A stretch of DNA of 64,000 nt. Origin: Octopus sinensis (Eukaryota). Location: assembly GCF_006345805.1 (NCBI RefSeq), contig NC_043006.1, forward strand, positions 79,918,001 to 79,982,000, read 5' to 3'. Within the stretch, counting starts at the first letter, position 1, and every line of letters starts with the position of its first letter. Below are positions 1 through 13,074 of this stretch, piece after piece. The translations under genes and the position numbers were made by a program. The notes below the pieces were generated by a model. That model did no database searches. It had not been told where the DNA came from and worked only from the letters and a program-made list of their open reading frames with translations.

Positions 1-151
<151 letters not shown>

Positions 152-177
152 ACGTGTGTGTGTGTGTGTGTTTGTGT

Positions 178-407
178 GTATGTCTATGTTTGTGTGTCTG
201 TGTTTGTCCCCCCAATATCGCTTGACAACCTATGCTGGTGTTTTTATATCTCCGTAACTTAGCGGTTCGGCAAGAGAGACCGATAGAATAAGTATTAAGC
301 TTACAAAGAATAAGTCCTGGGGTCGAATTGCTTGACTAAAGGCGGTGGTCCAGCATGGCCGCAGTCAAATGACTGAAACAAATAAAAGAATAAAAGAAAG
401 AAAAGAA
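178..407 (+). mobile_element. SINE family A, 3' half
   Basis: Matches the 3' half of the full copy at 47757-48155 (cttagcggttcggc...gaataagtcctggggtcg...cagcatggccgcagtcaaatgactgaaac); ends in an (AAAAGAAT) tail. Confidence 0.8.
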
Positions 408-1253
408 TATTTAGTTCTTTGTACGTAGATAGAAATAGTTAAATTCAAAACTTTCATAAGATTATAATCTTGATATGTAATCTAAAATTATTGCTGAGCT
501 TGCGGTGTATGAAATGCTCTTTCGATGAGCCTAACAGAATATTCAATTTATAGCTTACGATGTTTGTAAAAAGTACAACGAAGATGAATGCAATAGAAAG
601 GTCAAAATCTTAGGTTACTTAATTGAATACTTGCGTTAATGATTGGGAGATTTTACTAAGTCATTGATCACGGAGTTTATTAATTGATTAACGTTTAGGT
701 GGCAAGATTAAGCTTGGGGTTTCAAACAAAGAAGGCCTATAAAATATGTGATGAGAATTAAAAATAAAACAACAATATGTATAAATATTCTAGAGCATCA
801 TGCTTAACGGTGTGTATACAGTTGGTACGATAGATAGATGTGGATTTCAATTTAATGCTATCTCAATTGCGTATGTTGAATTTTATTTCAGTCCAGCAAG
901 CTTGGGCAATATCATTGAAAAATTTATCCACTGTTTCCTATACAACGAGGCACGAATTTTGTTTAAGCAGGTAAGAGTCGTGTGCATGGCATTGTCAAAC
1001 CTCGATAAAGGTGAAACGCGACCGTCGTTCGCGTTAGTCACTGTAGGGACTATGTCGGTTTCTCTCCTATATATAATATGCGTTATCATAATTCAATATA
1101 CTGTTCTAGTTCTTTCCAAATTTCCTAAAACTGAAATTGCTGAAAACGAACCTGCTTGCTTACATATATGCATATATATATGCATACACTCATGCATGCA
1201 TGTATGCAAATATACATACAGATATACATACATACGTACATACACACATACAT

Positions 1254-1600
1254 ATTCTTTCTACTATAGGCACAAGGCCTGAAATTTTGGTGAGGTGGGT
1301 AGTCGATTAGATCGATCCCAGTGCTAAACTGGTACTTATCTTATTGATACCACAAGAATGAAAGGTAGTCGCCCATGCATACCAGCCTCCCCTCCCCTCC
1401 CTTCCCCACGCTACCAATGTTATCCAAGGTGGATACAACTTGGTACCAGTGACATTGCAACTCATTTCTTCAGCTGAGTGACCTGGAGCAACGTGAGATA
1501 AAGTGTCTTGCTCAAGAACGTAATACAGCCCGGTCTGGGAATCGAACTCACTACCTCAAGACTGAGCGCCTGACGCTCTAACTACTGTGCCAGGCACCTT
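1254..1600 (-). mobile_element. Two adjacent SINE fragments (families B and C)
   Basis: 1254-1366 is the reverse complement of the family at 2803-3037. 1460-1600 matches the tRNA-headed family at 31675-32170 (cagctgagtg..ctggagcaacgtga..aagtgtcttgctcaagaac...ggaatcgaac). Confidence 0.7.
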
Positions 1601-1610
1601 CAAACACACA

Positions 1611-1674
<64 letters not shown>

Positions 1675-1690
1675 TACACACACACACAAA

Positions 1691-2670
1691 CACGAGAAGT
1701 TAAAAAATATCCGTACTTACACCATAACATATCTTTATTATTGTCACACTGCCCTCTGCGCATGCATGCTTATAGTTGGTACTATTGTGGTCACGTGATC
1801 AAAGTTTGAGCCTGATCACGCCATTTTTCTTTTTGGCTTTACAATGTAAGCATAGCCGCTCCAATACCATTGTGCACCAGAGAAGAACAAAGAGCAGTGA
1901 TCCGAGAGATGGTAATGGTGAACCGATTCACTTTTACCATCTCTCGAGCTTACTGAATCTTCTCGTCAGTGGTGAAGGTTGTTTGTTCCTTCTCGAGCTA
2001 TGCCTGGCTCACAAGGGCCGGTTTCCCGGTTTCTTGGCCTATAGGTTCTCCACCTGGACGGGACGCCGGTCCATCGCAGGTGAGCTGCAAGATGCAGGAG
2101 AAACGAGTGAAAGAAAGTTGTGGCGAAAGAGTCAGCAAAAGTCCGCCATTACCTTCTGCCGGAGCCGCGTGGAGCTTAGGTGTTTTCGCTCATAAACACG
2201 CACATCACCCAGTCTGAGATTCGAACCCGCGATCCCTCGACCGCGAGTCCGCTGCTCTAACCACTAGGCCATGTGCCTCCACAGTGGTGAAGGTTGTCGG
2301 GTGTCCTGTGCCTTCTTCGTGCGTCACGCTTATCCGGCAACTTTTAAACTTTTCGATCCACTCATACACACATCTACGTGGTAGTGCACTCTTCCCGTAT
2401 TACACTAAAATACTCTAATGAATTTCAGTACCTGAAACACATTTCGACCAGAAAAATCGGATCACTGCTCGTTGTTCTTCTTTGGTGCACATTGCTAATG
2501 AAACGGCCATGCTTAGACTGTAAAACCAGAAAGAAAAATGGTGTGATGAGGCTCAAACTTCGAACACGTGACTACAATAGTACCTACAATAAGCACGTAT
2601 GCGCAAAAGGCAGTGTGACAATAAAGATATGTTAAAGTGAAGTGGTGATAATTTTTGACTTCCCCTCGTA
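1691..2670. mobile_element. Mariner/Tc1-type MITE with ~165-bp imperfect terminal inverted repeats
   Basis: 1691-1860 is the reverse complement of 2505-2670 (aacatatctttatt..gtcacactgcc...ggtactattgt.gtcacgtg..c.aagtttgagcct.atcac.ccatttttc). The right end reads TA-CGAGGGGAAGTCAAAAA on the minus strand, resembling mariner-type termini. No coding capacity. Confidence 0.7.
1983..2281 (-). mobile_element. Full-length tRNA-derived SINE with 16-bp target-site duplication
   Basis: Minus-strand head has Pol III A box (TGGCCTAGTGG) and B box (GGTTCGAATCT). TSD cagtggtgaaggttgt at 1967-1982 and 2282-2297. Inserted into the MITE. Confidence 0.88.
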
Positions 2671-2802
2671 TGTATGTATGTATGTATGTATGTATGTATG
2701 TATGTATGTATGTATGTATGTATGTATGTATGTATGTATGTATGTATGTATGTATGTATGCATACATGCATGCATATGTGTATCTGTGTATCTGTGTATT
2801 TA

Positions 2803-3037
2803 AAGGCGATTAGCTGGCATAACCCGTTAGCACGCCGGGTGAAATGCTTAGCGGTATTTCGTCTGCCGTCACGTTCTGAGTTCAAATTCCGCTGAGGTCG
2901 ACTTTACCTTTCATCCTTTCGAGCCCGATAAATTAAGTACCAGTTACGCACTGGGGTCGATGTAATCGACTTAATTCCTTTGTCTGTACTTGTTCGTCCC
3001 CTCTATGTTTAGCCTATTGTGGGCAATAAAGAAATAG
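2803..3037 (+). mobile_element. SINE family B (tRNA-like head)
   Basis: agctggca...gagttcaaattcc (B-box-like), then gaggtcgacttt.cctttcatcctttc...gataaattaagtaccagtt core. Also at ~16520-16705, 33115-33334 and 38390-38510. Confidence 0.8.
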
Positions 3038-3078
3038 TATTTGTGCATATCTATGTGTGTATATATGTATATTATGTA

Positions 3079-3184
<106 letters not shown>

Positions 3185-3622
3185 CATATATGTATGTATG
3201 TAGTATGTATGTATGTATGCATATATAAGTTCTATTTCTAACTAAAAAGAGAATTATAAGATTCTACCGGAGGTTATGGGTTTTTTTATGTGATGTCTTT
3301 TCAATTATTCTATCTTCAAATATTAATTATGGCTGAATACACTACGCGGAGTTACGTTGATAAATATGACGGAAAGCCACTCTTATTTCCTTAATTTCAT
3401 CAGTCCTCGCTAATTGTAAGCAATTGTGGTATTATATATCAGCCGTCACTTAATGTTCTTTTATTCGTTAATTCCCAAATGCTATTATTCATTCAGCTAT
3501 TTTAAAAACGAAGATATCATATTCGTATTTAAATAAATAGAACGGATAATTATTCTCAGTTTAGTGTAATACAAATGCTCTTTATCATTCATTATCTTGT
3601 AACACATACAACACACAGACAC

Positions 3623-3719
<97 letters not shown>

Positions 3720-3720
3720 G

Positions 3721-3769
<49 letters not shown>

Positions 3770-3844
3770 TTATGTATGTGTATGTATATATATATATATA
3801 TATATACATACACATACATACATATACATATACATATGCATATA

Positions 3845-3887
<43 letters not shown>

Positions 3888-3949
3888 GTATATGTATGTA
3901 TGTGTGTGTATATAATATATATATATGTATATGTATATGTATATATGTG

Positions 3950-4002
<53 letters not shown>

Positions 4003-4599
4003 ATATATATATATATTTATATATATACTTTTATTCACACACACACACACACATACAATACACATAGACACTCACATGCACGCATGCACACACTCACACG
4101 TACATATACATTTATCCAAATAATAATAATAAGAGAAAGACAATTATTTAACACGTCTGTAGAGTTGGTACAGAAACAGTTGTAACAAATCATTAAAGAT
4201 GTGTTAAAGAATTTTCATTGTCGTAATATTTGGATTATTTACGGTGTGATCGTCGGGAAACTTGGATTTTCTACTCCCGAGGAATATATATATATACCGG
4301 AAAATAGTAGTCTCTACATAGACATTTGGATTTATCGATGGGAAGATAGACTGAGGTTAGTAAATCAAACTAACTGAAGGTTTTAGACACTCATGGAGGT
4401 TGGCTGGCATTAATAACCGGTACATGCAACTACAGTACTCACTTTGATACTATATTCCTACCAAGCATAATTTTGAAATTTATCTTTAATAAAACTCGTA
4501 TCACACACACACACCACACACACACACATACACACACACACACAAACACACACATACACACACGCACACGCACACACACACATATGTATATATATAACA

Positions 4600-4952
4600 T
4601 TAACAGAATGAGATGAAAAACCAAGGCTGTGAAAGATTTCAGAATATTTATAAAGAGAAGGTCTTACAGCTGTTTCCGGGATATTTTATATATTCCTTCA
4701 TCGGAGACGGTGCGAGAAAATGGTTAAGCAGTAGTTATTCTAAAGAAGATATGAAATAGAGAGTGAAGTAGAATGAAAACAGACGTGAGATATGCAGGGA
4801 TATTGTATATAGAATAACAATTGCTTAACCACCTTCTCGCACCGTCTCCGATGAAGGGATATATAAAATATCCCGGAAACAGCTGTAAGACCTTCTCTTT
4901 ATAAATGTTCTGAGATATTTCACAGCCTTGGATTTTTATCTCATTGTGTTAA
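4600..4952. mobile_element. Inverted-repeat element (~143-bp arms) with a hammerhead motif in each arm; probable non-autonomous Penelope-like element
   Basis: 4600-4742 is the reverse complement of 4810-4952, flanked by TA/CA repeats. Same family at ~41856-42340 and ~52580-53070. Confidence 0.75.
4844..4891 (+). ncRNA. Type-I hammerhead ribozyme motif (CCGAUGA core variant); mirror copy at 4661-4708 (-)
   Basis: gtct-CCGATGA-agggatat(ataaa)atatcccg-GAAAC-agct-GTA-agac: stem I gtct/agac, stem II gggatat/atatccc, palindromic stem III, GUA cleavage triplet. Confidence 0.7.
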
Positions 4953-5140
4953 TTTTTATATATATATGCATGCTAATATATGACCTACGTTGGACTCCTC
5001 ATTCGCATAATCACCGAACCTCCTGGAGCTTAACTATAGTCTGTCCATAGCACTTACTCAGCATTACCTGATACCTTTGGGTCTTCTTGGCACCATTACC
5101 TCTCATAACCTACATATACATACATATACATACACACACA

Positions 5141-5217
<77 letters not shown>

Positions 5218-6278
5218 ATGTATGTATGTATGTATGTATGATTATGTATGTTAAAACGTACAGTAAATGCACAAACGAACACAAAGCAGACACAGAAGGT
5301 CTCCAATTCTTCATCAGTTATCGGCCAGTAAATCAAACGTAATTTCGTGTTTAACGACAATATTGATTCCCATCTGGTGGCACCGGCAGGAGTTGCTGGG
5401 AATGTGGGACCGAAAACAAACAATACATAGATAACAAACGATACGGAAGTGGACATATGAAAATGAATAAATTTAATTCAAGACGAGACCGTTAGTGCAC
5501 GGATGAGGGCCAAAAACGAAATAAACAGAATATAACCTTAAGGTTAGATGAAGACGAAGGTCTGGAAACAGAAGGGCAACAGAGAGCCAAAACAGGTTGA
5601 AGTGGAGACTAGAGGAATTACGACCGATTGCTTCGACGGCCTGTGTAAAAAGACAGAGAAAAAACACGTTTAAGAAAATGATTATATTATATATGTTATA
5701 ATAAATGGTTTGTACATATTTTCACATGTATTTTATCTGATTCACCACTAGAGCATTGGTTTTAGATGTTAATTTTAAACTATGTATATATACTTAGACG
5801 TTAAAACCTGTGAGATTCTAACATCAACTGGTGATATCGACAATAAGAGATAAAGAAGCGGCTTTAGATCAATGCAGACAGCCTTCGGATATCGCATAAT
5901 CTCTCTCAGACAGCACTTGCTAAGCAACAGTAGCAAAAATAAAAACATTAACTTAGTACGAAGAAGTGAAAAGAAAAAAAACAAAACACTATCCTACGTA
6001 TTGGAAGCGAACTCCTTAGGAAGTACTCTCTTCCTGATGACCTCTGATACAACCTTGAATCAGCCTGACAATCATACCCTAAAGAAGGCCTGGAAGTGAA
6101 ACACTCAGGATACCAAAAAACAAACCCCCAAAAAACAAATAAAAAGGACCATGCATGGGCATGTTTCTCATAGAATTTAAAAAGATAGTAACATTGATAT
6201 GAAACGAAGCCTCTCTTGGATTCGAGATCGCTACATCACATGACATTTCAAAGGCTATGCATTTGCAATCCAAGGACA

Positions 6279-6364
<86 letters not shown>

Positions 6365-6519
6365 TATATAAATAGAAAGATGAATAATCTTGTAGCAGAT
6401 TAATCAAAAGTTTAACCGATACCTTGGTAGCAAAAATCACAGCAGAAGACAGCACGGTTGGAGGTACAACCATATGGTGTTGCAACCGTGCGTTGGTGCG
6501 GATAATTGAAATTAAAATA

Positions 6520-6976
6520 TTATTGGTGAATTGAAGAAATGGAGCTGAACGAAGATTGAACAGAAATCGTTTTTATTTCATTCTACACGTGTTTCGAAAG
6601 GCACAATTTACCAAAATCCGATTGAATAATGAGACCATATTGTGTCTTCTCTTCAGGAAGAAATAGGAAATCCGTTGGAAAAAACAAAAACAGAACAGAG
6701 GCGGAGCAAAACAAATCGAACTAGGCTCCTAAGAGCCCATGGCAAAACAGTTTTGCCATGGGCTCTTAGGAGCCTAGTTCGATTTGTTTTGCTCCGCCTC
6801 TGTTCTGTTTTTGTTTTTTCCAACGGATTTCCTATTCTTCCTGAAGAGAAAGACACAATATGGTCTCATTATTCAATCGGATTTTGGTAAATGTTGCCTT
6901 TCGAAACACGTGTAGAATGAAAAAAACGATTTCTGTTCAATCTTCGTTCAGCTCCATTTCTTCAATTCACCAATAA
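6520..6976. repeat. Near-perfect ~457-bp fold-back palindrome (centre 6749, 1-nt loop) with a hammerhead motif in each arm
   Basis: ...ggcaaaac-a-gttttgcc... Arms differ only by a few small indels/rearrangements. On + 6838-6917: ttc-CTGAAGA-gaaag...ctttc-GAAAC-acgt-GTA-gaa. Confidence 0.9.
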
Positions 6977-7687
6977 AATTATATATATATATATATTATA
7001 TATATATATATATATAATATTATATATATATATATATAATATATAATTTTGGAACTAGCTTGATTTATTAGTTAAGTGTTATTCTATATGTAATCAGTAG
7101 AGTTTAAGCAGTATACTAGAATCAAAAGAAAACATTAGTAATCGTTTAGCAAAATATTATGTTTGTTAAAATGGTTTGAACTGAGAAAGCTTAAAATAGT
7201 AACAGCAATTATTGTTGGGTATCTTATGATAGATTGGAATCTCATTCCCAAACAAGAAAGAATATATCTTGGATAAGCTTCGTTACACACTGGTATCTCT
7301 AGGAAGAATGTGATGAAGAAGAAACAATTAAGAAGACTTACCAGATTTTATTTCAAAGTTCAAATTGTTGAATTTTTGTTCGTTATTCCCCTCATTAATT
7401 TGGATATCATCAAAATATCACTGTTTACTTAGCAGACATCTTGACGAATAACATCATGCATCTGGGGCTGCCATTTTGCTGTTTTTTGTCAGTTATTATG
7501 AAAATGCGCCCTCTATCTTTTCAATTCCTTTTCCTCCAAAATTATCATTTGTTTTCTTTCAGAAAACGGCTAGTGATAAAATGATTGGCTCATTAATGTT
7601 ACTAATACAAAAAATAATAGAAGCATAAGATATAGCGTAAGAGAAACATATATAAGTTATTAATATATAATAATATATAATATATTA

Positions 7688-7739
<52 letters not shown>

Positions 7740-8253
7740 GCACCAATAAATATCGAATTGCAGTGTGTCTAGTAGGTATTGAGAATAGACGTATTAAAGG
7801 TTGAGTAATAATATGATGCAAGGGAGTCATTTGTATACAATAATCTACTGTCGTAGAAAGACAATACCTTCAATTATCGAATTCGTGCATTATTGCCTTA
7901 TTTGTTTTAGTATAGAATAGGATTATATATGCACGTGGAACATACAGTGAAGAAGCTGTTGCACTACGCTTAATATATATACACACATATAAAATACACA
8001 AATATACACACGTACAAATGCACATAAGTACCAACATACACACACATATAAAATCCTTATCTTTATAAGATTAACAGGAAGATGTATTGAATACATTTGT
8101 TTTGTACTTAAGATTTACGATATAAAGTAGAAGTGTATGTATATGCATGTATATATAAATATGTATATGCATGTATATATAAATATATCTATATACATAT
8201 ATACATATGTATATATACACACACATAAAATGAACACATGTGTGTTTATATAG

Positions 8254-8290
<37 letters not shown>

Positions 8291-8304
8291 AACATACATG
8301 AATT

Positions 8305-8759
8305 CATGCACCGCAGAAGTAAATATCGTAAAATGTGCAATGGCTCACACGCGTTCAACGAGAACGAAAATAATATCTTTGAAGTCTGAACAATCAGTCA
8401 CGGGTAAAGTAACCGGTTTCATTTTTCTGAAGCCGGTTGCAGTCATAAAAATACATGCATTTACACACATACATTATACCATACCTCCACAATTCCCCAT
8501 ACGCATACGGTTAAAGCAAACCACAGCATGTGTGTATGTGTGTGCGTGCGTGCATGCAAAGGGACACGACATAGTGTAGCCGAAAACTTGGCTCGTAATA
8601 GATTGGACGCCGATGAAGTCTGATGATGGTGGTACATCGAACGACGGGTTATCTCTGCATGAATATATACACATTATTTCAGGATTACCGAGGATACGAA
8701 GAAGCTTCCACTATTTTCAGACGATCCCTTTCAAAATACTAAAATACTAGTAATCGCCT

Positions 8760-8797
<38 letters not shown>

Positions 8798-9210
8798 TAA
8801 TATATATGATCACGTGACCGACCAGACCATCAGCGTTGTTGTTACACATCGCTGGTCAACAATGCGTTCGCATGTTTTAGCCTTCGAATGACGCCACCCC
8901 GCTGGCTAAGCGAGCAGGCCAATATATATATATATATATAATATATATTATATATATAATATATTTAAATTGAAATGAGGGTGAGAAATTAGATATTAAT
9001 TTAATTAACATCGATTTCACACCAGTGCTCTAGCATATAAAAAAGATGAAGGTTCAGTTAAATTGTATTATATACATATTAGAGGGAACCGGTTACTATA
9101 CCCGTGACTGGTTGTTCCAACTTGAAAGATATATTTTCGTTCTCGTTGAACGCGTGTGAGCCATTGCACATTTTACGATATTTACTTCTGCGTGTGGCAT
9201 GTATCATGAG
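8305..9210. repeat. Inverted repeat pair (~8305-8420 and ~9087-9210)
   Basis: gcagaagtaaatatcgtaaaatgtgcaatggctcacacgcgttcaacgagaacgaaaat... is present in reverse complement ~700 bp downstream. Confidence 0.75.
8808..8920 (-). mobile_element. RTE-LINE-like 3' tail fragment embedded in (TA)n
   Basis: gatcacgtgaccgaccagaccatcag...catcgctggtca resembles the 3' end of the RTE at 22041-22100 (gatcactttgaccgactagtccgtcag...caccgctggtca). Confidence 0.55.
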
Positions 9211-9241
9211 TGTGTGTGTAAATATATATAATAATATTATA

Positions 9242-9298
<57 letters not shown>

Positions 9299-9379
9299 GG
9301 TCCCGGGTTGAGTCGGGGTTAACCACAGTAAATAAGGTACTCAATACATAGCAGAGTAAAGTAATTTATTTATAGAAGG

Positions 9380-9430
9380 AGCTTCTACAGGACTAGAACT
9401 GTTTCATTCAGATGAAATCTTCAGGAAGCT
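9380..9430 (-). ncRNA. Type-I hammerhead ribozyme motif in a Penelope-like terminal fragment (~9296-9740)
   Basis: Minus strand agcttc-CTGAAGA-tttcatctgaat-GAAAC-agttctagtcct-GTA-gaagct: perfect 6-bp stem I, ttc/gaa stem II, acag/ctgt stem III. Confidence 0.8.
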
Positions 9431-10816
9431 GGCTGTCAAAATAAGTTCTGGTATTTATGCATTTAGGCAGATTTAATGGAGTGGTGGTGGGGGACGTTTT
9501 TGGGTAGGTTGGTAATTTAGGACATAAACAGGGCACAAGCTTTGTTCTTAGGGGAGTGGTCAAACCAAGGCCAGAGGTTTTTTGAAAAGAGAAGAAGACA
9601 GTGAGAAATAAATAAAATGAATAATAGAATAAATGAATAGAAACAGATATATGGGATGGGATTTAGGTAAATTAGAAGACAATTGCCTTTTGGTGGTCAA
9701 GAAGAGGTAGGCAGTTTGTTATTGTTAGGTGGAGGGAATAGATAAATATACATGAAAAAAAAAACATATAAAATAAAATTACATACAAAACAATACATAA
9801 CATGCGAATATACATATGTATACATACATACGCACATACATATACATACATACACATACATACATATATATATATACATACATATATATTATATATATAT
9901 ATAATATTATATATATATATATATATAACATATACATATACATACACACACGCACATATATATATATATATACAAATACACATAAGTATACATACATAAA
10001 TATACCCATGTACAAATAAACATATAAATAATTATGCATATATAAACACATACATAAATATACATACGTACACACAAACACACACATAAATATATACACG
10101 CATATATAAACACAAATGCACATATAAAAACATATGTGTATATAAATATATATACGCATATATAAGTATATATACGCATATAAATAAGTATGCTTGTGCT
10201 TAAGCACACATATACACGACGGTATGTATATGTATCAATTCAAATTGGGTATGTTACTGGTCTCTATAGATGCCAATAACATCGTTACAAGTTTTTTCCC
10301 ACCCCTCCTTCGTTCCTTTTCCTCTCTTCCCTTTCTTTCGTTCCCCCTCCTTGCTCAGTATATGAGAATTGCTACATAGATGAATTTTAGCTTGCGTGCG
10401 AGACGGTTGGCGTGAATATATGTACACATGCTTTTATGTGTATATTTAGATTCATTATTCATACGTCTGTATATTATGTATGGCGTTTACGCGCATCCTT
10501 TTGTGTATGTTGATATATTATGTAGATTTTAATATAAATATGTATTGCAGTATTATAACAGGTTTAATTTCTATGCATTAATTTGTACTGTCTTCATTAA
10601 CGGCAATAGGTTTTTTCCTCGGTTTTTTCCTCGGATTTTATAATTTTATAAGTTTTTTTATATATATATACATATATTTTTGACCTTTTTGTTTATCGCT
10701 CGAAGATTGACCGTTTTTTCTAAAGGGCCAATCAAACAAGTCCATTTCTTTTTAAAGGTGTAGCGTTTGTAAGAGTAATAGATTGAATTAATATATAAGT
10801 TCCATTCTAGCAAAAA

Positions 10817-10854
10817 CTGTCTGATGAACGGCAACGAGAAACTCAGAGTAACAG
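10817..10854 (+). ncRNA. Minimal type-I hammerhead ribozyme motif (canonical CUGAUGA)
   Basis: ctgt-CTGATGA-acggcaacga-GAAAC-tcaga-GTA-acag: stem I ctgt/acag, stem II cg-GCAA-cg (GNRA loop), stem III actc/gagt. Confidence 0.78.
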
Positions 10855-10887
10855 ATTTTGTTGAATTTTCTGCTGCTTAAAATAAAG

Positions 10888-10919
<32 letters not shown>

Positions 10920-11408
10920 CATTCATACACAAATATATACATGCATACACACATACATTTATATACAAATACACATGTAAATATAAATACACATACGCAT
11001 ACATAAACATATACAAGCATATACACATACACACACACATATATATATACATAAATACATACATGCATATATATATACACATATACACATATACATACAT
11101 ACATACATACACACATATAAATACACATATATGCATATATATACATACATAAACATATACATATACATATACATACATATAAATATATACACATGTACAC
11201 ACATACATACATAAATACATACACACGCATACAAACATATGTATATATATATATAATAATATAAAAATAACAGGAACCAAGAGGTGGAACGTTTCTACGT
11301 CTTATTGTGGTGTCCTGTACTCACGTATAATTATTTATATATGCATGTATATATACATGTAGATGTAGGTACGTACATATATGTTTGTATGTATGCATAT
11401 ATTTTTAT

Positions 11409-11468
<60 letters not shown>

Positions 11469-11602
11469 CATATATATACATATATATATACACGCGTATA
11501 CATACATATGCACATATATACACATACACACATATACACACATACACATACATATGTACATATACACATGCACACATACATATATATGCACATATATACA
11601 TC

Positions 11603-11800
11603 TGTCAGGTGTCCCAGATGAACCAACTTCACGGCAGGAGGGGCAGATGAGGGCAACTGCATCGAACTCTCTCATGCACCAAATAGCAGTTACTAGAAAG
11701 CCTCCATGAAGTGAAACCAAGTAGCAACACCAAATGGCGGTGCCCCAGCATGGCCACAGCTCATAAGCTGAAACTAGAATCAATCAATCAATCAATCAAT
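11603..11800 (+). mobile_element. CR1-group LINE extreme 3' fragment
   Basis: Encodes [26 protein letters not shown], homologous to the fragment at 32200-32450 (-); ends in a (CAAT)n tail. Confidence 0.6.
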
Positions 11801-11847
11801 CATATGTGCATATATACATATGTATATATATATACATATATGTATAT

Positions 11848-13074
11848 AGTCTTAGGAGAGAAGGTAATTGGGGGTGATGAAGGAACGGTGGTGTGGTGGG
11901 GGGGTGGGGGTTTTGTGGGTGGGGTGTCGTCAATCGGGTGGCCGGGTGGGTCTGTAATTTTTGTAGTTTGCATAGATTTTGTGCATACAGTTTGAGGAGT
12001 GTTCCGAGATCTTGTTGAGGAGAGGGCCTTTGGCGAATAAGATCTCCAAGCTCTCAGAAATACAAAGGTCACAGCAAGTATGGCCTCCCGTGTAAGAACG
12101 CGCTCTCTGGAGTAGTCTCCACTTGATCTTGAAGGGGATGGAGTTCCTTTTAAGGTGCCAGATATGGGCGGCGAGAGTGGTCTGGTTAGATTTGTCAGGT
12201 CGCCGGAACGAATGTGTGTGGCGTACCAGCGAGTCTTAAAACTATTTGAGGTCATTCCGATGTACGATTTTCTTTTATCATCGGGGCCTAATCGTACATC
12301 GCATATGTAGACGAGATATTTCTGTAGGCAGTTGTTGTTGAGGGGGCAAGTAGTCTTATCAGGGCAGTTGCAATTGCAGTTGCTGTCGGATGCTGGATGG
12401 GCTGCGGAAAAAGTAGATTTATTAAGTTTTTTGACGTTGTTGTTGGCTAGGTTCCTAGCTAGATTGGGTGTGGTGGAGTAGGAGAGTCTAATGGTGTTCT
12501 TATTAAGGATTGTATAGTACTTATGTTGGGTGGGGAAGTGTTTTTGTAAGAGAGTGAAGAAAATTTTAGCTACGGATGTTGAAACTTCACGGTTGAAGGG
12601 GGGTTGTACCAGCTAATGTGTCTTCGCATATTATTCTTGGGTGGGCGTGAGGCTATGCTAATATAGGTGATCTTATCTCTAAAGCCACTGCGGGCCAGGG
12701 CCTCGTTGTAATAGGGGGCTGCGGCATTAAAGATATCCTCGGAGGCAGAGAGGCTAGATATCCTAATGGAGACACTTTTCACTAGGTTGTCTAATATATT
12801 TTTGGGGTGGTTAGAATTAATGTCTATGTATCTAAGGGATTCATTGGGTTTATGGTACGGGTAATAAACGGAGGTTTCTAAATCGAGGGTAACGCCAAGG
12901 AAGTTAGCTTTGGTTAAGTTCGAATCTAAGGTAATCCTAAGGCCTAAGTTTTTAAAAAAAGTGTAAAGGTTTTTCCGGAACCCATCCGTGGTCCTGGGGT
13001 TTATTTTGTGGAGGGCAAAAAGGCCATCATCGCGGTAGAGACCACCGGAGAGGCCTGTGAATAGGGTTTTCAAC

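Noticed and set aside
800-1282. 160-aa ORF (and antisense 68-aa ORF)
   Set aside because: No recognisable motif; ends in a microsatellite; probably a chance ORF.
2190-2281. tRNA-like sequence with A and B boxes
   Set aside because: Head of a SINE with body, tail and TSD; no complete cloverleaf acceptor stem, so not a tRNA gene.
3575-4185. Numerous [16 protein letters not shown]/poly-I/poly-N ORFs in the track (here and throughout)
   Set aside because: Translations of di-, tri- and tetranucleotide microsatellites that lack stops; no coding signal.
5300-6110. Isolated CTGATGA motifs (5311-5317 on -, ~6033 on +; also ~3397 on - and ~45926 on +)
   Set aside because: I could not assemble complete stems and GAAA/NUH in the correct register.
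6642-6890. Near-identical ORFs on both strands
   Set aside because: A consequence of the palindrome, not protein genes.
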